From a virus (lineage: Duplodnaviria; Caudoviricetes), in the IMG/VR virus record IMGVR_UViG_3300020048_000105, positions 1 through 64,000 of that record: a DNA stretch of 64,000 nt. One strand, 5' to 3'. The position numbers and the translations under genes are program-made. The notes beneath the pieces were generated by a model. That model was not told where the DNA came from, searched no databases, and saw nothing but the letters and a program-made list of their open reading frames with translations. Shown here piece by piece: positions 46,656 through 56,265 of this stretch. Each line of letters opens with the position of its first letter. The stretch's first letter is position 1.

Positions 46656-49127
46656 TAGATACATAACTAAACCATCTGTAACTATTGATTCTCGTGGACC
46701 TATGACTGTTCTGCCTTTTACTGTCATGCCTGCGGTCGATGTAAAGAAATTCCAGCCTGTGTTGTTTCCTGCATTTACGCTGTTTCCGCCTGCATAAAAT
46801 CTTGCAGCTCCTGTTGCATTAGAATACGATAAGTTAAGCCAGTCACAAGATATGTTTGACAGTGCTGGAGAGTTTATTGTGTGTTGAGCGGCAGTGATGG
46901 AAGAAATTGTGATCGGAGCAGCTTTGGTCCCGACCGCGGTTAGTTTGTTTACTGTTTGAGTTGTGCCTGCAGTGAAACGAACTTTTCGCCCAGCATCTAT
47001 TATGATTTCATTAATAATTGAACTGCCAGATATATTATAATATCCGCTATGAAGACCGCTGAAAATAACTTTATTCAAATTTTTATTTCCAGTATTTAAA
47101 GTCAATACTCCAGTTCCAGATGGAGTATTAAGTATAATTGTTGAATTTTCGCAATAAAGTGTTGAAGCAGTGCTAAATTCAGTAACTGCGCCACCAGTTA
47201 CTGTTTGTATATTTGTATATGTGCCATTGCCCATATATAAAATGCTTTTATTTGAATTAGATTGCGAAAGACCCTTTCCAGTATAATTAAAATCATTTAA
47301 ATCAAATGTGCCACTAATAATTTGTAATGCTGCATTCCCGGGATATGTTAAAGTTATGTCTGATAAGTTAGTATATTTTCCAGTATCACAATTGACATAA
47401 ATCCAATAAATTGTTTTGTTATGTAAATTTAATGTGAAGTTTCCTCTACCCATTAAAGTTAAAGAAGAAACTCCTGTTTCTGTAATGTTATTTCCTCGTA
47501 TGTGATTACCATATGATTCAATTCCTTGAGATATTGCTAGTGTTAATGCTTGATTAACTTCGCTCATATCTAAACTCCTACCAATCCTCGTACAATCTAG
47601 TGTTAATGTACTGCTACCGGTAAATGAAGAAGCATCAAACGTTACATCGTCTTGTGGAAGTGGTACTCTACCTGCCGTAGTTCTTGGTGAAGCATCGCTA
47701 AACCAATTTGTACTATTTTGCCAATTAAAATTGTATGTATCAACTACTGAAAAATAAGATATTACGCAACTTGTAGTTCCAATTGCCCTTAAATAAATTG
47801 AATCCAATTGCGTAGTCATCGTAAAATTTTCGGTGAACGTTCCTGCTGTCGTACGTATATTACCGCTTTCAAGCCATCTCACACCTCCGCTACTTATTGA
47901 ATCAATAGTATATGTTACGGTTATACTTTTTCCTGTGAAATAAGGTATTGTTCTTGTTTGCCCTACATTTTGTCCACTTGCAACATTTAACCAAGTACAC
48001 ACTCCATTTTCAATAGTTACGCCTGCGCTTTTATTCCATAAGCTAGAGTCATCAAAGCCAGTGTCTTTTAAAACTTCACCTAGATTTTTAAAGTATTGAG
48101 GTTCCGCTGTAGTAAATGTTATCCCACTATTACCACCACAATCACCACTTAATCCTGTAATTGCACTTAAATCCCAACTTGCTGAACCTGCTCCTGTAAT
48201 ATCTCTGAAATCTACATTGGAGGCAACAACAGTACCGTTACAAGTAATTGTTCGAGGTGTGCCTATTACGTTGGAATAGAATATTAAACGGTTGTTTGTG
48301 GCGTTATTACCACTTACTGTAAAAATACCATTAATAGTAAAAGCTCCTTCTGCATTAATAACTTTACTCCCTGCACTTTGTCCTATTATAGTTAAATTAT
48401 TGCATGAGCCAGAACCGGTAAAAGTTATTACATAACACTCTATGTTATAAAAAACTCTTGTAGTTGTGTATAATCCAGCACCACCGGTGGTATTTTGACT
48501 TTTTATCAAAGATGTACCGCAATTAAATGTGAACCCAGCAGCATTAATGTGAAAATAAGCAGTGGCAGTTAATAAATTCCAAGTCCCGCTCCCAAGTGTT
48601 ATAGTTTTTGTTCCCACTCCTAAAACCATCCCAGATGTAGTAACATCATAATTAGCATGATTCCAAGTGCCATTGGCTATATACGGTGTTGTTGTACTTG
48701 CCGTAAAATTATCCCCATTCGTAACAGTTATCCCTACTCCATCAATGTACATTCTGTTCCACGCATGATAAAGTGTATTCCCGTTAGTAGTAATAGTTCC
48801 CGTTCCTTTGAAATACAGATAAGCTGTTCCTGTAAAGTTGTATCTTGAATTAGTAGCGTGTTCTGTTAATGAGCCATAAATACTAAGCGTGTAAACTGAA
48901 CTTGTAATTGTGAAGTATTGGTCTGCGGCACTACTGTTTAATGATAAACAGGAAGCGGCTACATCAATGGTGACTATTGCGCCATCTGCACTGAATGAAC
49001 CTGATGAAAAAATAACATCATTACTGCTTGTAGGCACTGAAAATCCACTACTGCCTCCATCTGAATCTGACCAATGTGCAGTGTCATTCCAATTACCCGT
49101 ATCACCAACCCAATACCTCGTTGCCAT
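46002..49127 (-). CDS. Large adhesin/fibre protein: two beta-solenoid repeats, inserted CBM-like module, C-terminal LamG
   Basis: YWVG..GNW...HWS...VP...DVIF motif twice; C-terminal DGLVMYLDAANPRSY...IYNRALS. Confidence 0.75.
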   Translation of the reverse strand: MATRYWVGDTGNWNDTAHWSDSDGGSSGFSVPTSSNDVIFSSGSFSADGAIVTIDVAASCLSLNSSAADQYFTITSSVYTLSIYGSLTEHATNSRYNFTGTAYLYFKGTGTITTNGNTLYHAWNRMYIDGVGITVTNGDNFTASTTTPYIANGTWNHANYDVTTSGMVLGVGTKTITLGSGTWNLLTATAYFHINAAGFTFNCGTSLIKSQNTTGGAGLYTTTRVFYNIECYVITFTGSGSCNNLTIIGQSAGSKVINAEGAFTINGIFTVSGNNATNNRLIFYSNVIGTPRTITCNGTVVASNVDFRDITGAGSASWDLSAITGLSGDCGGNSGITFTTAEPQYFKNLGEVLKDTGFDDSSLWNKSAGVTIENGVCTWLNVASGQNVGQTRTIPYFTGKSITVTYTIDSISSGGVRWLESGNIRTTAGTFTENFTMTTQLDSIYLRAIGTTSCVISYFSVVDTYNFNWQNSTNWFSDASPRTTAGRVPLPQDDVTFDASSFTGSSTLTLDCTRIGRSLDMSEVNQALTLAISQGIESYGNHIRGNNITETGVSSLTLMGRGNFTLNLHNKTIYWIYVNCDTGKYTNLSDITLTYPGNAALQIISGTFDLNDFNYTGKGLSQSNSNKSILYMGNGTYTNIQTVTGGAVTEFSTASTLYCENSTIILNTPSGTGVLTLNTGNKNLNKVIFSGLHSGYYNISGSSIINEIIIDAGRKVRFTAGTTQTVNKLTAVGTKAAPITISSITAAQHTINSPALSNISCDWLNLSYSNATGAARFYAGGNSVNAGNNTGWNFFTSTAGMTVKGRTVIGPRESIVTDGLVMYLDAANPRSYPGTGTAWNDMAGKNNGVLTNGPTFSPAYSGGLVFDGIDDYAEMNNKNYNRSAITVESFFKFNNYYASGYKVGIIGTWQTGAGNNNEFLLVSGITSASPGLPNFGIQINTIKYGSTGTTVMQPGIWYHLAGTYDGSNVKVYVNGNVEGNQTPAIGIIDTIITQPLLLAAFGSSKNYNSDITISIARIYNRALSPSEVLQNFNATRSRYKI

Positions 49128-49159
49128 TATTCAGTATTATTTAAGTATTCATTAATGGG

Positions 49160-49498
49160 TTAACAGAAACAAAGTATGTCAAGAGAAGGATCGTAAACAA
49201 CTACGAATCTTCCATCTTCGAACTTTTTCATATCTCTTACTTCTGAAGGGTATAGTTCCATGTAGTCTTTTACAATTTCTGACGCTTGCTCCATTAACTC
49301 ACTCATCCCTTTAATTTGCATGTCATCATTTTGAATTACGTAAGGCACAGCAATAATCTCTCCCTGTACGTTATCAATATGGTCAGTATCTATTGGAAAA
49401 TAAGTTTCATCGCATAACATGACAAGAAATGAAACTTTAGATAAATCTAATGTTCCGTTGTCGTAAGCTGCATAATAATCTTTGTATACTGTTGTCAT
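49160..49498 (-). CDS. Hypothetical protein
   Basis: 112 aa ORF in the minus-strand cluster. Confidence 0.6.
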   Translation of the reverse strand: MTTVYKDYYAAYDNGTLDLSKVSFLVMLCDETYFPIDTDHIDNVQGEIIAVPYVIQNDDMQIKGMSELMEQASEIVKDYMELYPSEVRDMKKFEDGRFVVVYDPSLDILCFC

Positions 49499-49503
49499 AA
49501 TTT

Positions 49504-50238
49504 TTATAAAACTCTAGCTCCTACTTTTAAACTCCAAGTTCCTGTTGTGATTACTGAGTTCAATACAATATTTCCTCCGCTTAAAGTAACAGTGAATGAG
49601 AATGGCACTGTTGTTGCAGTTAAATCAGGTGTTGATGTATCTGTCCAAGTTACTGCTCCTATTGAAGTATTCCAAACAGCCATAACAGTTCCGGAACGAT
49701 ATGCATTTGTTCCCAAGTTCGAAACCCTGTAGTCATAGTAGCACGCCGTGCCTGAGCTCGCATCTATCGACAGAACCGCAGTCGTCCCCGTTGTTAGCCC
49801 GGCCAGCGCCGCAGAGTTTATGTAAACGGCACCATTTGAATTAACCTGAAAGATTGGAATACCTGAGATATCACCAACTTGGAAAATTACGCCTGTCAAT
49901 GTGTCAGTCACCGTGAAAAGGTCACCTGCATTTCCGTTGACGTCAAATACTACGCCAGTGGATCCGTTTACAGTGAATGTGCTGCCATCGTAAGTCACAT
50001 TCGACTCAGCGTATATTCCGCCTGACGTTCCTGTGCTTGTGAGTATTCGATTATTAGAAGCGTTTAAGACAGTTGTTATTAATGGCTGCACAAAATCATA
50101 AATTGCTTTCCCCGTTACTAAGATTGATGACGCATCAGCAACAATTGCAGTTGAAACATTTTGGATGCTTACAACGGCTTTCGTCGATACGTCAATACCT
50201 AAGAGTAATCCAGTTTTTATCTTGAATTCGTTTGCCAT
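49504..50238 (-). CDS. Fibre/virion structural protein
   Basis: 244 aa, MANEF N-terminus shared with 41639..44980, T/S/G-rich. Confidence 0.65.
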   Translation of the reverse strand: MANEFKIKTGLLLGIDVSTKAVVSIQNVSTAIVADASSILVTGKAIYDFVQPLITTVLNASNNRILTSTGTSGGIYAESNVTYDGSTFTVNGSTGVVFDVNGNAGDLFTVTDTLTGVIFQVGDISGIPIFQVNSNGAVYINSAALAGLTTGTTAVLSIDASSGTACYYDYRVSNLGTNAYRSGTVMAVWNTSIGAVTWTDTSTPDLTATTVPFSFTVTLSGGNIVLNSVITTGTWSLKVGARVL

Positions 50239-50256
50239 TATCGTTTTATTTTTATG

Positions 50257-51564
50257 TTATCCCGCAATGATGAACTTACATGATGAATCAGTTATTGTTC
50301 CTACACCCCATGTTATTGAAACATCGCCGGCCGCGTTAACATAAACTCCGGTGTATACTTGCTCGTTGAATTCGAATATCGCTATGTTGAACGGGCCTGT
50401 TCCTAACGCATGAGTGGTTGCAGGAATTGCATATGAAGTTTGAGTTGTTCCATTGAATGTTCCACGATACCTACTTACGTAGCCTGCCGCTCCTGTCACT
50501 CCTATGGTGATTATTGAACCGTCCGATGTTATAGATGCACCGATTCCTGCGACGATCTGTTTTACGTATGCCGTGTTTGCGACTGTTGTAGAATATATTG
50601 AATGTGTTCCTCCTGTTGTTGAAGCGACCGAAGAAAGTTTGTTGGTTGATACGCTTGCAACGTAGCTTGTGAGGTACGATATCGAAGAGTCAAACAGCGT
50701 CTGCAGAACGTAAGTTGACGAATTAAATGCATTCGAACCGAGAGTCCTCGACACTAGCAATCCACCTCCGTTTATGAACAATGAATTTGCCGCAGTAGCA
50801 TCTGCTGTTGCAATTGGCAAATGTAAACCTACGCCCGGTGTAAAATCAAATCCTGTTGATGTACTCAATATGAATTTTGCACCGTTCCAGAATGGAATTC
50901 CAAATGAAACTGGAACATCTTCACGAGTTGCAACAGCTTGGAGCGATGCATCCGCGTAAGTTGCGCCTGCCAAAGGAGCCTGGCCCACTCTAAACGTTTG
51001 AGTCGTTTCATCATATACAAATACGTAAGGAAGCGAAGTTCCGCGATCAATAACAATACCAGATTGCATTGTACTTGGAGGTGTTCCTGTTTGTCCAGTG
51101 TTTAAATAAATGAATGCGGCTGATACATCAATTGATTCAACATTTCTTGAAAAGATGCAACCGTCGATTGTTAAATCTCCTCCGATGTATGTGTTGCCTG
51201 AAACTGTCAATCCGCCACCAACCGAAACATTGTTTGCCACATACAATCCACCTGCGTTTATGATTAACGCTCCTGTCATGGTGTCACCGGCTTTCTTTAC
51301 ATAATCGCCGAGAGACGCATTGTAAGCTGTGTAACCTACATAGTTTGTCGATGCTTCGAACGCCATTGAGCCAAGTAATTTGCTCTTGATCTGGATGTTT
51401 GTTCCCACGGAATCAACTACAAGTGCATATGGGAGTGCTGCTCCTGTGGCCGGGCTAGTTATAAATGTTGTGCCATTCAAGTAAGTTGACGAATTAAACG
51501 TAACGTTTCGAAGAAATGCTGCGCTTGAATCTACTACAAATGATGGTTGAATATATCTTGCCAT
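50257..51564 (-). CDS. Fibre-like virion protein
   Basis: 435 aa, YVKKAGDTMTG fibre-shaft motif; late promoter at 51588-94. Confidence 0.7.
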   Translation of the reverse strand: MARYIQPSFVVDSSAAFLRNVTFNSSTYLNGTTFITSPATGAALPYALVVDSVGTNIQIKSKLLGSMAFEASTNYVGYTAYNASLGDYVKKAGDTMTGALIINAGGLYVANNVSVGGGLTVSGNTYIGGDLTIDGCIFSRNVESIDVSAAFIYLNTGQTGTPPSTMQSGIVIDRGTSLPYVFVYDETTQTFRVGQAPLAGATYADASLQAVATREDVPVSFGIPFWNGAKFILSTSTGFDFTPGVGLHLPIATADATAANSLFINGGGLLVSRTLGSNAFNSSTYVLQTLFDSSISYLTSYVASVSTNKLSSVASTTGGTHSIYSTTVANTAYVKQIVAGIGASITSDGSIITIGVTGAAGYVSRYRGTFNGTTQTSYAIPATTHALGTGPFNIAIFEFNEQVYTGVYVNAAGDVSITWGVGTITDSSCKFIIAG

Positions 51565-51600
51565 GTTAAATGTTATGTTACTTTATTTATATATTTCAAG

Positions 51601-52320
51601 TTAGAATCCAAGAATGATAATATCATAATTCTGTCCAGAAGCAGGTGGGGTATGAAAATTAACCACATTGGTGCTTGCACCACGGATTACGTCAGGATAA
51701 ATGCTTTCGCCTGTTGAACGATCCCAAACTGAAAAAGTTTGACGCATTGTGCTTAAATCATGCACAATGTTATATGATGTCATTGCCGCATTTCCAATTA
51801 CAAAACCTTCATAGCCAAACAAAGGTTTAGAACCTCCAATTGCAAAGACACTTCCATCTTGTGCATAGAGCGCACCAGTTAACGAATCAATTTTAATTGA
51901 ACTGGCACTTACATTTGCCGCAGTTAAACTCGCAAATGTGTTGCCATCGAATGTTACAATTTCTAAATTACCTGCGTTATCCCTTAGAATTACGCCATTT
52001 TCATCATCATTTATTTGCCAAGTTGCCCATGAGGTTCCACTTGCATCACTTGAATACATGTTTAGCTTAACCCATGATGTATAATCGGTATACAATGCCT
52101 CATCAATCAAGAAGTAAAGTCCATTTAAAGATGGATTCGGATCAGACGTAACCGAAACTGTAATTCCTTTGTATATCCAAATGTTGCTATTGATATCCTG
52201 CCATACAGTAGGATTAATTAAATCGGCTTTTGTACTCACAACTAGCCTTGCATCAAGAGGGGCCTTTGTAAGTACCTCAAAGTTTGCAGCAAAGTTAAAT
52301 GTTCCTTTATTACGTGACAT
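51601..52320 (-). CDS. Virion structural protein (hypothetical)
   Basis: 239 aa; PLDARLVV N-terminal motif and YNIVHDL...NVVNF C-terminal module. Confidence 0.65.
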   Translation of the reverse strand: MSRNKGTFNFAANFEVLTKAPLDARLVVSTKADLINPTVWQDINSNIWIYKGITVSVTSDPNPSLNGLYFLIDEALYTDYTSWVKLNMYSSDASGTSWATWQINDDENGVILRDNAGNLEIVTFDGNTFASLTAANVSASSIKIDSLTGALYAQDGSVFAIGGSKPLFGYEGFVIGNAAMTSYNIVHDLSTMRQTFSVWDRSTGESIYPDVIRGASTNVVNFHTPPASGQNYDIIILGF

Positions 52321-52334
52321 CCAGTGTATTATTT

Positions 52335-53810
52335 TTAGAAAATGAGTCGTACTTGAATTGATGCTCGATCAGTTCCACTGTACATGTATTTTGTATATGA
52401 AATTGGTATTCCTTGAATAGTTTCTGTTACAGAACTTGTCGTCCAAAAAAGCAATGATTGTCCAGCATTGCCACCTTGATAATCCCATGTTGAAGAAAAT
52501 GTATTATAAGTTTGAACGCCTACTAAAGGTCTTAGCATTAACCATGCATTAGGAATTTCGAATGATTGTTTATATCCGCCAGTCTCAGTTGTCATGATAA
52601 ATGGAACATAGTTGCCTGTTATCATTGAAACTAAAGGTTGTTTTACCATTAGAGTAATTACAGCATTTGTCGTTCCAAACAATGGGTAAACGCCTTCAAT
52701 AGTTCTATTAACTTGCGCACCTACATTACCTGCAGATAAAGGTGTTGAATATACATTCCCTTTATTATCATAAGGTTGAACGCCTTCATCATAAAATACG
52801 GTAGATGACCATGTCTGTTGACCTAACAGAACATTATAGTTTCGAATTGTCTGTAAATCTGTGAGTGCATTTGTTGAAACATCAAAAATAAATGTGCCTG
52901 TGTATGCGTAATAGTTTGGTAACCCACTTCGGGACGAACTTAACGCATTGTATTGAGGATTAATTTGACCTGTTGAAAACTCTGTAGTAAAAGATAAATT
53001 CGAAATAACATTTTCTACTTCATGCAAAGTATTTGTGGGGTTCATCACAAATGTAGCACTTGGATTTGTAAATGATGGATATGCAGTTGGAAACAAAAGA
53101 GAATCCCAAAGAGTACTCATAAATGACCCATTCAAGTCATCAACTGTTGTGCCTGATGGAATTCCACCGACAGAAGCTGGCATAGATGTGCTAAGATCAA
53201 GTGCAGAATCATAGATTGCACCAGACGCTGAGGCGTCTAATCCTAAAATAACACTGGAAGAATTTTCAACAACTGTGATGTTTCCTACACCTCGTATTCT
53301 TTTAAGAAAAAAGATTGTGCCTGCTGACGTATCTGCTCGATGTGAATAAACACCACCCCCTGATACGTCAGAACGATTTTCAATGCTAGTGGCGTAGGAT
53401 GGCCCGAAATGATTAGCATTGTTAAGATAGTATAATCCATTTTCACCTTGTAAAAGATCAGCGTCGATTATCGAAGAGTCTGGAGATGCAGTCGGAATGT
53501 ACTTCGAATCATATGTAAGAAGAATTGACCCAATGTTTCCTGAGATGGCAGATGATCGATGATACTTTATGTGAACATAGAAGTCTGTGTAGTCTTGGAA
53601 GCTTATAGATGCGAGAGCGCTCTGTGTAAATGTTTGCCATGGGTGCCAAGTGACGTTGTCGAACGACCACCTAAACTCTTTCTTAATGAAAGTACCCACC
53701 ATATTTTCTTCTCTAAAGGAACGCATACGTTCCACCCTCGGAATAGGTATGCTGTTACGAAATTCTATTGAGGTTATGTTTGTGCGTCGATCTGAGAAAA
53801 CGTACTGCAT
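52335..53810 (-). CDS. Virion structural protein (hypothetical)
   Basis: 491 aa, S/T-rich. Confidence 0.65.
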   Translation of the reverse strand: MQYVFSDRRTNITSIEFRNSIPIPRVERMRSFREENMVGTFIKKEFRWSFDNVTWHPWQTFTQSALASISFQDYTDFYVHIKYHRSSAISGNIGSILLTYDSKYIPTASPDSSIIDADLLQGENGLYYLNNANHFGPSYATSIENRSDVSGGGVYSHRADTSAGTIFFLKRIRGVGNITVVENSSSVILGLDASASGAIYDSALDLSTSMPASVGGIPSGTTVDDLNGSFMSTLWDSLLFPTAYPSFTNPSATFVMNPTNTLHEVENVISNLSFTTEFSTGQINPQYNALSSSRSGLPNYYAYTGTFIFDVSTNALTDLQTIRNYNVLLGQQTWSSTVFYDEGVQPYDNKGNVYSTPLSAGNVGAQVNRTIEGVYPLFGTTNAVITLMVKQPLVSMITGNYVPFIMTTETGGYKQSFEIPNAWLMLRPLVGVQTYNTFSSTWDYQGGNAGQSLLFWTTSSVTETIQGIPISYTKYMYSGTDRASIQVRLIF

Positions 53811-53873
53811 GAAGTATCTTTTATTTTCCTTTATCTATTTATTCAAGATACAAGAAGCACAATGACTCTTTAT

Positions 53874-55592
53874 CTAGATTCGGTAGATGGGAGATGAGCT
53901 GCCTTTGTCAGGCTGCAGTGCGGCATATGAGTTGCCCTCAATATCAGAGCGAATAGAAGTAATAGGTTTAAGTGTAATAACCATATCAAGTTTTTTATTT
54001 AAAATAACTCCAGAAGATTGATATGTTTCATAACCAGTTTTTGATATCGCTAAGTCTAACAATTGTGTGACATTTTCTCCTATAAACATATCACCAACAT
54101 TGCTTTTTGTTGGGTCTATATGCCACTCTCTATCTGTTACTAATTGTTGTGTGATAGTTCCATTTACAGCAGTTGTTGTAGTAAAAACATCTGCTCCCCC
54201 AGTATATTTGGCATAAACAGTTGCTCCTGAGATTGCAGTACCTGTTGGGTCCACAACTTTTATATCAGTAGAATATTGTTCTTTTAAAGACCAACCTCCT
54301 ACTCCATTTAACAAATAAGATTGAATTTGTGTAGCAGTTGGAGATATTGTTCCAACTCCAGTAATTCTCGCTCTTAACCATATTTTTGTTATTCCATTAA
54401 CTGCCGATGGAACAACTGCACCCGGTACTGCTACTAAAACATATCCTGATTTACTAAGATTTTCTGTTCCATCAAAAAGATAAGTTGTTATTGGAAACCA
54501 ATTTGCCCCAATATTATATTCCCAAACATAAGTATAATCATTTACTTCTGTTGTTTTGGTAACTTTTAGGTGCATATAACTTCTGGCATTACTATTCCCA
54601 AAATAATAACAATCTCCAATTGCTCCTCCTAATGGCACATCATTAACTGTTGTACTAATAGACTGCGCAGTATAATCAGTATAAGTTCCTGCTATTGCAT
54701 TATAATAGAATAAATTTGATAAACTATATGGTCCTCCATTACCTTGATAGCAAGGTTTCTGACTATCGGCCATTGATGTTAATGGACTTGCAGGATTTAC
54801 TAAATAATATTTAGGAGAAAAAGGTTCACTTTGAGAATAGAAATATAAAAATATTCCAGAAGCAGCATTCAGGAATTTATAAGCAAAATCACTTAAAGTC
54901 CAACCAGTATTTGTTATATAATGAAATAAAATGTAAGGTTGTGTTGAAATATATGTAAGCCCTTTAATTATTTGTGAAAATCCACCAGTTAATACGAATG
55001 GCCCAAATATTCTTGAATTTGTTATTGTATTTGCTGATGTTCCACCAAAAGCTGGTGAAATTTCAAAATTACTATCAACTACTTCTCCTGCCATTTCAAA
55101 ATAACCGGGATAACCTAAAATTGATGATTGTATTTTACCAACCCTAAATGTAGTTCCATATATTTTTGCATTTCCCTGTAATAAGCAAACACCGCTATTT
55201 CCAACACCATAAATAATAAATGTAGAGCCACGATAACCTCTATCGGTTCCTATTTTTATTCCACTTGTTAAAACATCAAAAGTACTGGGAGTAACAGATA
55301 AGTTATCAGTAGCATTTTGTCCTATTGAAATAACTTCATCATAAGTAACTAATCTTGACTTTATGTTTAATCCTACTTTTGTAAAATCATAAGCATTAGT
55401 ATTAGTAAATGTAACACCAATATAAGACTTATTTGTTCTTAGCCAATTATATACATCTGTAAATGTTGCAGGAACAGCATCAGTAGTTCCAGTAATTGTT
55501 ATTACACTATTACTTGATTTAATTGCAGTTGTTTGATTTGCCCCGCCCTCTGTTATTGTTGTTATTGCAGAAATTCTACATCTAATCCACAT
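53874..55592 (-). CDS. Adhesin/fibre protein, 3' part of a gene split by a one-base frameshift
   Basis: Starts mid-domain (MWIRCRISA), paralogous to its own later KIWLRARITG; carboxypeptidase-regulatory-like C-terminal module. Confidence 0.65.
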   Translation of the reverse strand: MWIRCRISAITTITEGGANQTTAIKSSNSVITITGTTDAVPATFTDVYNWLRTNKSYIGVTFTNTNAYDFTKVGLNIKSRLVTYDEVISIGQNATDNLSVTPSTFDVLTSGIKIGTDRGYRGSTFIIYGVGNSGVCLLQGNAKIYGTTFRVGKIQSSILGYPGYFEMAGEVVDSNFEISPAFGGTSANTITNSRIFGPFVLTGGFSQIIKGLTYISTQPYILFHYITNTGWTLSDFAYKFLNAASGIFLYFYSQSEPFSPKYYLVNPASPLTSMADSQKPCYQGNGGPYSLSNLFYYNAIAGTYTDYTAQSISTTVNDVPLGGAIGDCYYFGNSNARSYMHLKVTKTTEVNDYTYVWEYNIGANWFPITTYLFDGTENLSKSGYVLVAVPGAVVPSAVNGITKIWLRARITGVGTISPTATQIQSYLLNGVGGWSLKEQYSTDIKVVDPTGTAISGATVYAKYTGGADVFTTTTAVNGTITQQLVTDREWHIDPTKSNVGDMFIGENVTQLLDLAISKTGYETYQSSGVILNKKLDMVITLKPITSIRSDIEGNSYAALQPDKGSSSPIYRI

Positions 55593-55596
55593 TCTA

Positions 55597-55983
55597 TTAC
55601 CAAGAGCATTTTATAGTAATCATTTTGGGCCACCATTGAGCAGGGAATCTAACTGTATTAGCTCCTGTTATCGTAAATCCGACTGTATCATCTTGTAGGT
55701 CTACGATAGGTGTCCAAATGCTATCCCCTCTGTAATATTCCCAAGCTAAAACTATTCCAGTTCCAGCCATAGCAGTTCCAACATTAACATCAAAATCCGA
55801 CATTATAGCGGAGTTTGCCGCCATAGAAAAATATAAAGCATCATTTAAAACCGCAGTATCTTCAAAATAATCAAAAGCTGCAGTAGTCGCATAATTAACA
55901 GAAAATAATGTTCCACCAGAAGTTGCGCTAAAGATATTAGTTAAGGCATATTTAGTATTGTTATATGTTGCAGTAAAAGCCAT
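55597..55983 (-). CDS. 5' part of the same split gene
   Basis: Domain DALYF...LAWEYY...DDTVGF breaks off at ITI; removing one A from the A4 run joins it in frame to the downstream ORF. Confidence 0.65.
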   Translation of the reverse strand: MAFTATYNNTKYALTNIFSATSGGTLFSVNYATTAAFDYFEDTAVLNDALYFSMAANSAIMSDFDVNVGTAMAGTGIVLAWEYYRGDSIWTPIVDLQDDTVGFTITGANTVRFPAQWWPKMITIKCSW

Positions 55984-55985
55984 AT

Positions 55986-56261
55986 TTATATTTCTTTAAG
56001 TATAAGATTAATTAAAGCAATTCCAGCATAAGCTTCGTTTATTTTTATTTCCAACTTACTTATTTCTTCGTCTATTAAGTATTGAAATTCAGAAGATATT
56101 ATTGTCTGGTTTAATTGCATAATTCTATTTCGCACATTATCTATTAAATTCTCAATAGATTCTTTTTCTATATTAAGTTCTGCAATGTTTATTTCGACAT
56201 CACTTGTAGTCCTTTCGATCACTATATTTGGATCGCCGGTTTGAATTATTTCTGTTGCCAT
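55986..56261 (-). CDS. Small coiled-coil protein
   Basis: 91 aa, heptad I/L pattern. Confidence 0.6.
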   Translation of the reverse strand: MATEIIQTGDPNIVIERTTSDVEINIAELNIEKESIENLIDNVRNRIMQLNQTIISSEFQYLIDEEISKLEIKINEAYAGIALINLILKEI

Positions 56262-56265
56262 AGTT

